DNA of 64,000 nt, taken from IMG/VR virus record IMGVR_UViG_3300033553_000842, positions 9,142-73,141 of that record. The stretch is one strand, 5' to 3'. Positions within the stretch are counted from its first letter, which is position 1. Every line of letters starts with the position of its first letter. Below, one piece after another: positions 43,210 to 52,866 of this stretch. The position numbers were made by a program, and so were the translations under genes. The notes beneath the pieces were generated by a model. It made no database searches. It was given only the letters and a program-made list of their open reading frames with translations, and was not told the DNA's origin. Source of the DNA: a virus.

Positions 43210-43595
43210 TTTCTTATTTCATCAGAGAAGACGGTGAAGTCGTCAAAGTTGTGGATCAAGATAATGGACTATCTGCCATGGAAAGTTGGGCCATCGACAA
43301 CACGGACTATGATCTCGTTAAACCTGAAGCAGACGCGTACCTTGCCCGCCCCTTGTCACCGGAGCCATCAGGCTCTGGTGCGACATGGTCTGTTGCTGCC
43401 TGCCCAGATGGAACCATCATTGCAGTATGGGACTCGGTTACACACGAAGAGCTGACAACATATACAACTGGTCCGGACGAAACCGTACCACTAAATTTCG
43501 TAGACGCAGGAACATACACTGTTCGCGTTCAAAGTCCCGCCCCTGCGCGTGAAGTGCGCAAACGCCTTGAGGTGACAGATGCAGATCTCGCGTAA
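43206..43595 (+). CDS. Hypothetical fibre-associated protein
   Basis: ATGA overlap; F..AGTYTVRV Ig-like end. Confidence 0.7.
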   Translation: MISYFIREDGEVVKVVDQDNGLSAMESWAIDNTDYDLVKPEADAYLARPLSPEPSGSGATWSVAACPDGTIIAVWDSVTHEELTTYTTGPDETVPLNFVDAGTYTVRVQSPAPAREVRKRLEVTDADLA

Positions 43596-43995
43596 CCCCG
43601 CCGTCTTAGCTGCCAAACTGGAGGCAGATCGCTCAGAGATTGCCGCAGCAATTACCGCCGAAAGAGATCGTCGAATTGCCGCAGGCTTCACTCACAACGG
43701 GGTGAATTACGATTTTGACGAGGCTTCTAAAAGTCGTATCACTGGCGCTGCAACTCTCGCGGGCTTCGCTCTGAGTAGTGGAGCCCTCGCAGGCGATCTG
43801 CTCTGGCATGGCGGCACTCAACCGTTCGTCTGGGTGGCTGCTGATAATTCTCTGGTCTCTATGGACGCGCAGACCTGCTTTGCTTTCGGACAAGCCGCCG
43901 CAGCGCATGAAACGCGGCATATCTTCTGGGCGAGGGCATTAAAGGACGCAGACCCGATCCCTGAAGACTTCACCAATGACATCCATTGGCAGTAA
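43579..43995 (+). CDS. DUF4376-like tail fibre assembly protein
   Basis: AERDRRIAAGF..NG..YD.D..S..RI, WVAADN, C-terminal W. Confidence 0.75.
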   Translation: MQISRNPAVLAAKLEADRSEIAAAITAERDRRIAAGFTHNGVNYDFDEASKSRITGAATLAGFALSSGALAGDLLWHGGTQPFVWVAADNSLVSMDAQTCFAFGQAAAAHETRHIFWARALKDADPIPEDFTNDIHWQ

Positions 43996-44111
43996 CCCCC
44001 ACCCGGGAATTTATTAAATCAACCCCTAATCTAGGGTAGTTTTATACAGTAGTGTCGTAGTCAATACTGCCGTTTCAGGAGTTAATCCTGTGAGCAACAG
44101 GATAGGACTAC

Positions 44112-44687
44112 ATGACAAGACTAGAAAAACTAAGTTCCACCATTAAGCAACTGGTCATTATCGGCACGGCCGTTTCAGCCGTTTTTATGACCTTGTTCAC
44201 GACCACCGTGTTTCTCTTTGCCGACCTGGCTAAGAGTGAGGCTCGGCAGTTCCTGGGTATCGACGGGTTGGCCACAGCGTCCGACCTGGATAGCCTCAGA
44301 GAAGAGGTCATAAAGTTCACGGGTCGATCCGGGGTCCTTTATATGTCCCCCGGTAGCTCCTATGTCGAAGAGCCGATTAATTGGGGGGACAATATTAAAG
44401 CCCACCTAGTTGTACAAAGCACGGAACGTGGCGCGAAGTGTGAATTTTCTGACGGCCAAAGCCTTTTCTCGGATCAAAGAAACATCCCCTTCCCCGGGCC
44501 ACCTGTTAACCTCGTCCGTCAAATCGGGATTGAGCCTAAGGAATTATTCCTCGACCTCAGTCATCCAGTGGCACTGGTACCAGGGCGTATCAAATTCACC
44601 ATCTCTATAAGAGCCACCTGTGAAGGTAAGACTGAGTTCCAGGAGACTAGGCCGATCTATTTCTACCTCGAAGAAAAGAAGACCTGA
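44112..44687 (+). CDS. Membrane-anchored hypothetical protein
   Basis: AGGA RBS; single N-terminal hydrophobic helix. Confidence 0.75.
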   Translation: MTRLEKLSSTIKQLVIIGTAVSAVFMTLFTTTVFLFADLAKSEARQFLGIDGLATASDLDSLREEVIKFTGRSGVLYMSPGSSYVEEPINWGDNIKAHLVVQSTERGAKCEFSDGQSLFSDQRNIPFPGPPVNLVRQIGIEPKELFLDLSHPVALVPGRIKFTISIRATCEGKTEFQETRPIYFYLEEKKT

Positions 44688-44689
44688 CC

Positions 44690-45802
44690 GTGGAGCTCAC
44701 CCCCCGTCAGCTGGAGGTCCTGGAGCTCAAGAAAAAGGGCCTAACCCAGAGAGAGATTGCAGCGGAGCTGGGGGTTTCCAGGTGGGCGGTTAGAAGTAGG
44801 CTCGAAGGGGCGGAACGTAAAAACCACAACGACCCTGCGGTCCAAGCGGCAATGGAAGTAGCTAACACCGCACTGGTCCCCAACATGCTTTGGGTCAAGA
44901 CCAAGGGTGAGGACGGGACCCGCTATTCGGTCCAGCTGAAACCTCCGAGGGAAACCGATCGGGACGTTATGGCAGAGGTCCACGAGGCATTCCAAAATAT
45001 TCCCAAGGCCCCGAAGATTGGACACCCCGAGAGCGTCAATACCGATCTGATGACGATGTACCCTCTGTTTGACGTCCATCTGGGGCTACGCTCTCTGGCC
45101 TCAGTCTCGGGTGAGGACATGGATCTCGAGAAGGCCCAGACCAGGTTGCTGCGAGGCGCGGCCCGGTTGATATCCAAGGCCCCCAACTCGTCTAAGGCCC
45201 TGCTGGTCAACGGAGGTGACTTCACCCACGCGGATGATGACGAAAACGCCACACCAGCCAGTAAGCACGTTCTCGACGTCGACTCCCGGAACTATACCAC
45301 GATCACGGTTGGCGTTGAGTTGATCGCGCTGTTCATCGAGATGCTGCTGCAGAAACATGAGACAGTGGACTATATCAGCGTCCCGGGCAATCACGATCCA
45401 AAGAACTGGGTCTCTATCATGGTGGGGCTTTACTACCGGTTCCTGGGCCACAACCGGGTGAAGATCGAGCTCAATCCGATCGAGTTCTCCGTCTATGTCT
45501 GGGGCCAGACCCTGATCGCAGTCCACCATGGCCACAGGCGCAAAGAAGCAGATCTCATCATGTTCTTTGCCGCGGAATACGCCGCGGTCTGGGGCGCGGC
45601 CCTGCACCGGTATTTGTTCACGGGTCACTATCACAGCCGGGAGGCCAAGCGGTACCCGGGGATGTACTGGGAACGCATGGAACCCGTCTGTCCTCGGGAC
45701 CACTACGCCGCCTCATCGGCTTATGACCAGGCGGCGTCGATGACGTGCATAACATTCCATCGGGAAACCGGTGAGGAAGATAGATCAAGGGTGAAGCTAT
45801 GA
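44690..45802 (+). CDS. HTH-fused calcineurin-like metallophosphoesterase
   Basis: LTPRQ...REIAAELGVS HTH; DVH.G, GGD, GNHD, HHGH, GHYH motifs. Confidence 0.85.
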   Translation: MELTPRQLEVLELKKKGLTQREIAAELGVSRWAVRSRLEGAERKNHNDPAVQAAMEVANTALVPNMLWVKTKGEDGTRYSVQLKPPRETDRDVMAEVHEAFQNIPKAPKIGHPESVNTDLMTMYPLFDVHLGLRSLASVSGEDMDLEKAQTRLLRGAARLISKAPNSSKALLVNGGDFTHADDDENATPASKHVLDVDSRNYTTITVGVELIALFIEMLLQKHETVDYISVPGNHDPKNWVSIMVGLYYRFLGHNRVKIELNPIEFSVYVWGQTLIAVHHGHRRKEADLIMFFAAEYAAVWGAALHRYLFTGHYHSREAKRYPGMYWERMEPVCPRDHYAASSAYDQAASMTCITFHRETGEEDRSRVKL

Positions 45803-46995
45803 ATTTCAAAGGTGAAGCAAAGCGGCTCGAAAGCCTGGACATCTCTCGCATTGCCTTCGCGGCTGGCTGCGGTGAAGATCATCTTCACGCAGTGATGGAA
45901 GTCGAGACCCGAGGGGGTGGGTTCGACCCCTTTGGCCGTATAAAGATGCTCTTTGAGCCACATGTGTTCTACCGTGAGCTGTCTGGGGCCAAGAGGGAAG
46001 AGGCTATTGCCCAAGGCTTGGCCTATCGTCGCTGGGGGGAACAGCCCTACCCCGAGGATAGCTACCCTCGTCTGTTGAGGGCGATGGAGATCGATGCTGA
46101 CGCAGCCCTCCGGTCCTGTTCGTGGGGGCTGGGCCAGATCATGGGATTCAACTGCAAACTGGCGGGGTATCCCACCGCGCTGGCAATGGTTCAGGATTTC
46201 CTGGACGATGAAGAAAAACACCTGGCCGCAATGGTTAACTTTATTGTGAGCAACGGTCTGGATGATGACCTTCGTCGGCAGGACTGGAGAGGCTTTGCCC
46301 GGGGGTATAATGGAGCCGGTTACGCCCAACATGGCTACCACCTCAAGCTGAAGAAGGCATTCGACAAATGGCAGAGTATCCCCGATACCCCCTTCGAGAT
46401 TGACCGGACCCCCCCTGATCCAAACCCGCCCCAGGAACCAGTCCTTTCCACGCGGGGTATGATGCTCCAAAAGGGCATGCATGGCCCAGACGTTCGGAAC
46501 CTGCAGGGTATTCTTAAGACCCTAGGGTACCCCAGTGGTAAAGCTGACGGTATTTTCGGTCCTCTGCTACACGCGGCCGTTGTCTCCTACCAGAGCCAGA
46601 ATGATCTGCACCCAGATGGAAAGGTCGGAGAGTTGACATGGGAGGCCCTGTCTCAGGCCAATCCTCGCCCCCTCCGGGACCACACTGAAGAGAGCCTCCG
46701 AGCCGAGGGATCCACGACCATCCATGATGCCGATCAGGCTGAGATACAAACCAAGGTGGCTGCGGTAGGGGTTGGTGGACTGGGAACGATACAGGTTGTC
46801 AAAGATGGCCTGACCGAGGTCAGCGGATCCTCAGGTCTACTCTCTACCGCTCAAGAGATCCTGGTCTCAAACTGGCCCATCCTGAGTGTTCTCGGGATCG
46901 CTCTGGTGGCCTATCTGTATGGACCAAACATTCTGCAGTCTATCAAGGACTCCCGTGTTCGGGACGCAGTCTCGGGGGATCATCTGGGCCGATGA
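45799..46995 (+). CDS. Endolysin: N-acetylmuramidase (DUF3380-like) plus peptidoglycan-binding domain
   Basis: AVMEVE, LFEPHVF, SWGLGQIMGFN, FARGYNG; DGIFG...DGKVG..TW binding repeat. Confidence 0.9.
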   Translation: MNFKGEAKRLESLDISRIAFAAGCGEDHLHAVMEVETRGGGFDPFGRIKMLFEPHVFYRELSGAKREEAIAQGLAYRRWGEQPYPEDSYPRLLRAMEIDADAALRSCSWGLGQIMGFNCKLAGYPTALAMVQDFLDDEEKHLAAMVNFIVSNGLDDDLRRQDWRGFARGYNGAGYAQHGYHLKLKKAFDKWQSIPDTPFEIDRTPPDPNPPQEPVLSTRGMMLQKGMHGPDVRNLQGILKTLGYPSGKADGIFGPLLHAAVVSYQSQNDLHPDGKVGELTWEALSQANPRPLRDHTEESLRAEGSTTIHDADQAEIQTKVAAVGVGGLGTIQVVKDGLTEVSGSSGLLSTAQEILVSNWPILSVLGIALVAYLYGPNILQSIKDSRVRDAVSGDHLGR

Positions 46996-47225
46996 AACTT
47001 TATCTCACCCTCGGACTGATTGCGGCCGTTATCGCTGGAGCCCTCTGGTTGAGGGCCGATGCGGTGAAGGATGAAAACCTCAAGGATCGGGCGCGTGGGG
47101 CAGAGTCTCGCGTCCAGCATCTCAATGAATCCAAGGATCGAAGAAATGAAATTGAACTCTTCAGTAATGATGATCTGCTCGATCGCCTTTCTGGCCGGGT
47201 GCGAGGGCCCGTGGTCGACAACTGA
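46992..47225 (+). CDS. Putative i-spanin (Rz-like)
   Basis: N-terminal TM helix, after the endolysin. Confidence 0.65.
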   Translation: MKLYLTLGLIAAVIAGALWLRADAVKDENLKDRARGAESRVQHLNESKDRRNEIELFSNDDLLDRLSGRVRGPVVDN

Positions 47226-47364
47226 ACCTCTGTTCAAGGATGTGGCCCGTAAGCCTCCCCTTACAAAGCAGGCGACTGTGGACTATCTGGTGCGCAACGA
47301 TCGGCCAATGGGTGTATGGGTTGAAGAAATGGCTCAGGCCTGTGACCAGTACGGTTGTCTCTGA
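47146..47364 (+). CDS. Putative o-spanin lipoprotein (Rz1-like)
   Basis: Lipobox LAGC; overlaps the i-spanin in another frame. Confidence 0.65.
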   Translation: MKLNSSVMMICSIAFLAGCEGPWSTTEPLFKDVARKPPLTKQATVDYLVRNDRPMGVWVEEMAQACDQYGCL

Positions 47365-47365
47365 C

Positions 47366-47596
47366 GTGGAAATCCTTGTGACCTTCCATCTGGAGTTTGA
47401 AGCTCCCGGCCACCCGGAAGTGTTTCTTACCCATATGCTCCAAGTGATCGACGTGGCACCCAACTTTCTGGTCAGTCAGGGTTTCTACGAATCTCTGGAG
47501 GGTATCAACGTGAGATATCTGAGGGTCTCACACGCAGATATGCCGGCAGGGTCACTGCCGGCACCTACGCATTTCCCGAGCGCTAGACCTCAATAA
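47366..47596 (+). CDS. Hypothetical protein
   Basis: GTG just after the o-spanin stop; fills the gap to a convergent gene. Confidence 0.4.
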   Translation: MEILVTFHLEFEAPGHPEVFLTHMLQVIDVAPNFLVSQGFYESLEGINVRYLRVSHADMPAGSLPAPTHFPSARPQ

Positions 47597-47946
47597 AACT
47601 TCCATAGAAATACGGCCAGGAACATAACCAGTCGGGTTCTCTTTGAGACCCCGTCGGCCTTTAACGCTTCATGAAAGACCGCCGCCGCGGTGGTTCGATC
47701 CCACCCTAATCTGAGCAACCAGTCGTGGATGGCTGCGGCCTTCAGGAACCGGTGGTCGTGAGGGTCGAACAACCACCGTAGCCCACAAGGTATGCTGACG
47801 TCGAAAACGAAGCCCTTCGGGACAATGACCCAGAGGTCACTGCCCTTCCGGCCGAGTTCCCATTCCAGGAACCCGTCGGTTTCGTACCTACCTTGGGCCA
47901 GCCCTTTCGGACGGACCCAGGTTTCGCTCTCGGTGTACGTGCTCAT
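47590..47946 (-). CDS. DUF1353-like protein
   Basis: VPKGFVFD.SIP, AAAIHDWL, F.EAL...GV. Confidence 0.8.
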   Translation of the reverse strand: MSTYTESETWVRPKGLAQGRYETDGFLEWELGRKGSDLWVIVPKGFVFDVSIPCGLRWLFDPHDHRFLKAAAIHDWLLRLGWDRTTAAAVFHEALKADGVSKRTRLVMFLAVFLWKFY

Positions 47947-47947
47947 C

Positions 47948-50212
47948 TTAGCCGCACTTGCTCGAGCCACAGGCCTGACATGTATCACAGCCTGATACCT
48001 TTATCACAGCCGCTTCCCCACAGCTGACACAGGTCCGTCCAGCTGGGAGAGCTACTGCCCCCATGTGATCGGCCAGAACACCACCAATGGCCGCGATCAG
48101 GGATGAGACATAATTTCCCCCCACCCATGCACCGCCCCGAGGATCGAAGATCTGCTTCAGCTCTTGATGGATAAAGTTGACGTCACCCCCACGCCGGAAC
48201 ACAGCGGAGATCATACGGGTTAGGGCCGTGATCCAAGCCTGTGCTTCGACGTTCTGTGTGGTGATGAAGATCTCGAAGGGGTTGCCCAGTTCGTCGTCGT
48301 TGATCGTGACGTAGAACGCATGAGGCATCTCTGGCCATTTCAGCTTGTAGGTCTTGCCAGAGAGGACTTCGGTACGTGCTTTAGGCGCAACAACCTCTGT
48401 ATAGTCCGGGTGCCCCACCAGTATTTGCTCTGGTGCTGGGGTTGGAGCAACACTCAAGACTGAACCGGTCACGTCGTTGGGGCGATAGGTCGTGCAACCC
48501 TTACATCCGCTGTACCACGCTTCCATGTAGACCGCTTTGAAATCCTCGAAAGAGATATCCTCGGGGCAGTTCACAGTCTTGGAGATTGAACTGTCGACCC
48601 AACGCTGGGCCGCGGCCTGCATCCGGACGTGATCGAGAGGGCTCAGGGTCTGGGCTGTGACGAAGTAGTCGGGCAGCATGTCATCTGACCAGTCCTCCCC
48701 TTCCATACCGTCGTTCTCAAATTTCGACTTCCAGATGGATTTGTAGAGAGATACTGCATAGTCCTCGACCAGTTCCTCGGTCTTGGTGCCGTCCTTCTGT
48801 GTGACCTTGCGGATGTAGCTGTTGGCGAACACGGGTTCGATGCCAGAGCTGACGTTGCCTGCGTACAAACTGATCGTCCCTGTTGGCGCGATCGAGGTCA
48901 ACAGAGCATTGCGGATGCCGTGCTTGCGGATACGGTCCTGCACCTCCTGAGGGAGGGTCGAAGCGTGGGTGCCGGGGGCCAGGAACAGGTCGGCGTCAAA
49001 GAGCGGGAACGCGCCTTTCTCAATGGCCAGATCGACCGAGGCGTTATAGGCCATGGAGTCGATCGCATGCATGATGTCATCGACCCAACCCTCGGCCTCA
49101 TGGGAGCCATATTTGACCTTCAGCATCGCCAGCATATTGGCCAGACCAGTGACGCCCAACCCGAGGCGGCGTTTGGCGACGGCTTCCGCCTCCTGTTCCC
49201 AGAGAGGAAATTTGGAGACGTCAACGACGTTGTCCATCATCCGCACCGCGGTGGTCACCAGCTCCCCCAAGAGCTTGGGGTCAATCTTAGCCTGATCCGT
49301 AAAGGGGTCCTGCACAATCCTGGCCAGGTTGATCGATCCCAACAGGCAAGCGCCGTATGGGGGCAGAGGTTGTTCACCACAGGGGTTCGTCGCGGCAATG
49401 GTTTCGCAATAGTTCAGGTTGTTCGCTTTGTTGATCCGGTCGATGAAGATCACCCCCGGCTCCGCGTATTCGTAGGTGGACTTCATGATCAGGTCCCATA
49501 GATCACGGGCCTGGATCGTCTTGTAGACCTTACCTCCGAAGACCAATTCCCAAGGGGCGTTGGCCTCGACCGCAGCCATGAAAGGATCCGTGATCAGGAC
49601 CGAGAGGTTGAAGTTGCGCAGGCGTGTGGAGTCCTGCTTAGCAACGATGAAGTCCATGACGTCGGGGTGATCGCACCGCATCGTGGCCATCATGGCCCCA
49701 CGGCGGGAACCAGCAGACATGATTGTCTTACACATCGTGTCCCAGACATCCATGAAGGTCAGAGGGCCAGAGGCGTCGGCGGCAACGCCTTTAACAGGGG
49801 CCCCCTTGGGGCGGATGGTGGAGAAGTCGTAGCCGATACCACCGCCCTGTTGCATGGTCAGGGCCGCTTCTTTCAGCATGTCCATGATCCCGTCCATGCT
49901 GTCAGGGACAGTACCCATCACAAAACAATTGAACAGCGTGACGTTTCTGCCGGTACCGGCCCCGGCCGTAATTCGACCAGCGGGGAGAAACTTGAAATCT
50001 TCGAGCGCGGTCACAAACTCCAGAGCGTATTGCCCTTGGACTTGCTTGGCTTCTGCCCGGGAGAGATCTGACGCGATACGGGACCAGGTGTCCTGGACGT
50101 TTTTGTCAAGGATAATACCGTTGCCATCTGTCAGGCGGTATTTCATGTTCCAGATCTGCTCGGAGATCGGAGTCGCAAAGGGGTTCTCTGCAGAAGAGAT
50201 GTTGTCTTTCAT
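47948..50212 (-). CDS. nrdJ: Class II (adenosylcobalamin-dependent) ribonucleotide reductase
   Basis: TLFNCFV, GGGIG.DFS.IRP, TNPCGEQ, IAPTGTIS; C-terminal TSCPD-like region and Zn ribbon; no beta-subunit gene nearby. Confidence 0.92.
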   Translation of the reverse strand: MKDNISSAENPFATPISEQIWNMKYRLTDGNGIILDKNVQDTWSRIASDLSRAEAKQVQGQYALEFVTALEDFKFLPAGRITAGAGTGRNVTLFNCFVMGTVPDSMDGIMDMLKEAALTMQQGGGIGYDFSTIRPKGAPVKGVAADASGPLTFMDVWDTMCKTIMSAGSRRGAMMATMRCDHPDVMDFIVAKQDSTRLRNFNLSVLITDPFMAAVEANAPWELVFGGKVYKTIQARDLWDLIMKSTYEYAEPGVIFIDRINKANNLNYCETIAATNPCGEQPLPPYGACLLGSINLARIVQDPFTDQAKIDPKLLGELVTTAVRMMDNVVDVSKFPLWEQEAEAVAKRRLGLGVTGLANMLAMLKVKYGSHEAEGWVDDIMHAIDSMAYNASVDLAIEKGAFPLFDADLFLAPGTHASTLPQEVQDRIRKHGIRNALLTSIAPTGTISLYAGNVSSGIEPVFANSYIRKVTQKDGTKTEELVEDYAVSLYKSIWKSKFENDGMEGEDWSDDMLPDYFVTAQTLSPLDHVRMQAAAQRWVDSSISKTVNCPEDISFEDFKAVYMEAWYSGCKGCTTYRPNDVTGSVLSVAPTPAPEQILVGHPDYTEVVAPKARTEVLSGKTYKLKWPEMPHAFYVTINDDELGNPFEIFITTQNVEAQAWITALTRMISAVFRRGGDVNFIHQELKQIFDPRGGAWVGGNYVSSLIAAIGGVLADHMGAVALPAGRTCVSCGEAAVIKVSGCDTCQACGSSKCG

Positions 50213-50245
50213 GGGGGGAATCCTTGGGGCTGTTTGACAGTAGTA

Positions 50246-50281
50246 CCCGACCAATATCAAGTAATGGTCGGGCTATGGCAA
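50246..50281 (-). promoter_or_regulatory. Putative nrdJ promoter overlapped by an inverted repeat
   Basis: TTGCCA-N17-GATATT; CCCGACCA-N11-TGGTCGGG. Confidence 0.5.
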
Positions 50282-50284
50282 GTC

Positions 50285-50806
50285 TTAATAGACTTCCATT
50301 TCTGTCTTTACATCACGATTATTTGCTTCTTCAGCGGTGAAGGTACCGGTCTTAAACCGGCGGTTGAGTTTGGCGAGGTTCAGCTCCATCACTTCGTCCA
50401 GATCAGAACCTGCCTCGGCAGCGAGAGTGTCGACATTGTCCAGAATACGGGCCAAGAGGTCAGCCAGACGGGTCCGGTTCATAACCCGGCCGTAAAAGGT
50501 TCCCTTCTTGAGCTGGTCAACAATCTCGGCGGCGTCGGTGATCAGAGCCTCGATCAGATCTTCTTCCATGTCCTGTGTCAGACCATTAGTGTCCAACAGG
50601 TCCCCCATAGTTAGATCAAGGTGATAAGCCCCCACCGCCACATACCAGGTGATGTCTCCCAGCTCTTCGAGAAAGTTTTTCTCGTTGTTGAAGTTCATCA
50701 GCTCGACCGTCTCGGTCATCAGTCCGAGAGCTGCATGTAGCAACCCATGGTCGGGCTCATGCCATTCGGTGCTCTCGAGTTCTACGCACTGTGCTTGGTA
50801 ATTCAT
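50285..50806 (-). CDS. mazG: MazG-like nucleotide pyrophosphohydrolase
   Basis: LHAALGL.TE..E...EELGD..WY and N..KL..RF motifs. Confidence 0.8.
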   Translation of the reverse strand: MNYQAQCVELESTEWHEPDHGLLHAALGLMTETVELMNFNNEKNFLEELGDITWYVAVGAYHLDLTMGDLLDTNGLTQDMEEDLIEALITDAAEIVDQLKKGTFYGRVMNRTRLADLLARILDNVDTLAAEAGSDLDEVMELNLAKLNRRFKTGTFTAEEANNRDVKTEMEVY

Positions 50807-51048
50807 TCTTCGGTTCCTTCAAGGGGGGATTGGGTTCTAAGCATTACGGGGGGGTGTACCATTCCGATAATGGTAAGGAGCACCGCGCCACCCGCGTTCA
50901 ACATCTCCAGCTCCTCCGCAGTGGGTTGCCATCTGCTGGTCATACAGTTTACTCCCTCGACCTCCTGATCGAGAATTGGCAGGGCATGATACTCCTCCTG
51001 CTCTTCCCCAAGGATGCGGGTGGCGTTTGGCATTTCCATCGGTGTCAT
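50803..51048 (-). CDS. Hypothetical phage protein
   Basis: S.WQPT.EEL..LNAGG.V.L...HPP motif; ATGA overlaps. Confidence 0.75.
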   Translation of the reverse strand: MTPMEMPNATRILGEEQEEYHALPILDQEVEGVNCMTSRWQPTAEELEMLNAGGAVLLTIIGMVHPPVMLRTQSPLEGTEE

Positions 51049-51299
51049 TCTTCTTCTCCTTCTTCTTCACAACATTCGAGGCAGGTCCATTCTTCGAGAC
51101 CGAAATCCTCAGAGGCTTCTTCGCTGATTTCGCACCACCACTGGCAAGTGACACAGCAAAATATCTGGCTGTCGAGGTAGTCATGGAACGCTTGGTCCCC
51201 GAAGAGATCGTCAGCCGTGTGTCGGTCGAGGACCGTGTCAAGGGAGTTACAGGTCCCCCGCAGATCCTCGACGATTTCTTCAAAAAGTGTCTCAGTCAT
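51045..51299 (-). CDS. Small acidic zinc-finger protein
   Basis: Start MTETLF at 51299; C-x2-C-x2-W...C-x2-C. Confidence 0.7.
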   Translation of the reverse strand: MTETLFEEIVEDLRGTCNSLDTVLDRHTADDLFGDQAFHDYLDSQIFCCVTCQWWCEISEEASEDFGLEEWTCLECCEEEGEEE

Positions 51300-52134
51300 G
51301 GACACTCTCGCCCTCAATCGTCTGGCGCAGCTGGATCCAGCCACGGAGGTTTCCATGGAGATGGGGCTTGGCCCAGCGGTTCTTGCTTTTCCACTTCACG
51401 TCAGGTGTCGCGATGTGTTCGAACGGGGAGGCGTGGACCGGTGTCCCGATCAGCTGATTGTAAAGCCTCAGATCGTTCACATAATCTGCACGTTCTCCAT
51501 CATAGAGGTGGTAGGAGACCCGGGCGTTCCGGGCGACCGACATTACCTTGGCCTCTTCGATACCCTGATCCCGGACCTCGTAGTCCATCACATATGGCAG
51601 GTGCCACTCCCCCGGCTGCAAAAGATTGGGGGTTGAGCCCTCCATGCACTTCTTGATGGCCTTGGCCAGGAGTTGAATGGTCGGGTCTGCTGCCGGATGG
51701 TCTCTAAGTGCATCCCAGTTGGCCCAGTTGGTCGCTGTGACGACTACTTCGATGTGGTCGTGTGCCTCGGTCAGGCGGTTCCCGATCTGCTTATGGGCTC
51801 CGGCCTTTTCCGTGAGCCAGGAACAGAGCAGCGAGACCTGACGATGGAAGTCCCATGTGCCTTTCGCGAGTGCCCCTCGCCAGCCCTCAAGCTCGCCCCC
51901 GGCCTGCATACCTTTCTGGTTCGCTCCGAAAGAAGCGGGGTAGGCGGGATCGATCCGGATACTGGACCGGACCTTAGACAGGGGCCGTGCCCGGGAGGAA
52001 CCAGCGTTGCGGGATTTGTCCCGGTGCGTCATGAACTCCGAGTGGATAATACGGGGGTAGCGCAGGGCCATGGTGGGCAGACGGATCCCCTCAGGGGAGA
52101 TCGAGTCCTTGATCATTGTGGCGGTTGTGGTCAT
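51292..52134 (-). CDS. thyX: Flavin-dependent thymidylate synthase
   Basis: Start MTTTAT at 52134; EFMTHR..SRNA.SSRA, ARVSY, HASPFEH motifs. Confidence 0.88.
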   Translation of the reverse strand: MTTTATMIKDSISPEGIRLPTMALRYPRIIHSEFMTHRDKSRNAGSSRARPLSKVRSSIRIDPAYPASFGANQKGMQAGGELEGWRGALAKGTWDFHRQVSLLCSWLTEKAGAHKQIGNRLTEAHDHIEVVVTATNWANWDALRDHPAADPTIQLLAKAIKKCMEGSTPNLLQPGEWHLPYVMDYEVRDQGIEEAKVMSVARNARVSYHLYDGERADYVNDLRLYNQLIGTPVHASPFEHIATPDVKWKSKNRWAKPHLHGNLRGWIQLRQTIEGESVHD

Positions 52135-52319
52135 TCGAACATCGCCTTCCAGAAACCTGCAACTGCTCCAAAGAGGCAGAAGATGGTTGGAAGATAGAGC
52201 CCGGACATCTCGGGGAGGTGGCTCAAGACCCAACCGACTGTATACCCACAACCTCCGACCAGGAGAGGGACTGCTATCATAGCGACTAACTGGCCCATAA
52301 AATTCATAAATTCATCCAT
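52131..52319 (-). CDS. Small membrane protein
   Basis: Two hydrophobic helices; overlaps both neighbours. Confidence 0.7.
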   Translation of the reverse strand: MDEFMNFMGQLVAMIAVPLLVGGCGYTVGWVLSHLPEMSGLYLPTIFCLFGAVAGFWKAMFE

Positions 52320-52866
52320 TGCTCAGTTCCCCCAAAAGTGTCTTCATGGTTTGCTGCAGGTCATAGATCGACCCCAGGTTGTGGATCGAATAGTCCGCCT
52401 GGATTTGGTCCATTTCGGTCTCCGAGACGTGGGTGTCTGTTCCCTCTGTACCGGGGCGGCTGACGCGGACCAGGTATCCCCCCATGTCCTTGACCAGTTG
52501 AGCTTCCGCGAGATACCGGATGTCTGTGCAGACAATGGGGGACCCTTGGCGAAGAAGATTTGCGACCCGGTTGGCCCACATCTTGGTCCAGAGATCGTTG
52601 CCAATAAGCCGACGCCACTCGTCCCCGAGGGTCTGCATGGCGTATCTTGGTGTCTGGCCACAAAGGATCTCACAGGGGGTCTCTTTCAGATCCCCCTCGA
52701 TACGCCGCTCGACCTCAACCCAGTCGAAGCCGGCGTCCTGGTACAGGGAGCGCAGCATGTTCTTCAACGGCTCGGCCATCTTGGCGTTGTAGAAATTTCG
52801 TTCTGTAAGGACGCTGGCAAGGGTATCCTTGCCAGCTCCCTTCTTTCCTGTGATGCCGATCAGCAT
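52312..52866 (-). CDS. Deoxynucleoside monophosphate kinase
   Basis: IGITGKKGAGKDT, TPRYAMQTLG, TDIRY..E, H.SE. Confidence 0.9.
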   Translation of the reverse strand: MLIGITGKKGAGKDTLASVLTERNFYNAKMAEPLKNMLRSLYQDAGFDWVEVERRIEGDLKETPCEILCGQTPRYAMQTLGDEWRRLIGNDLWTKMWANRVANLLRQGSPIVCTDIRYLAEAQLVKDMGGYLVRVSRPGTEGTDTHVSETEMDQIQADYSIHNLGSIYDLQQTMKTLLGELSNG

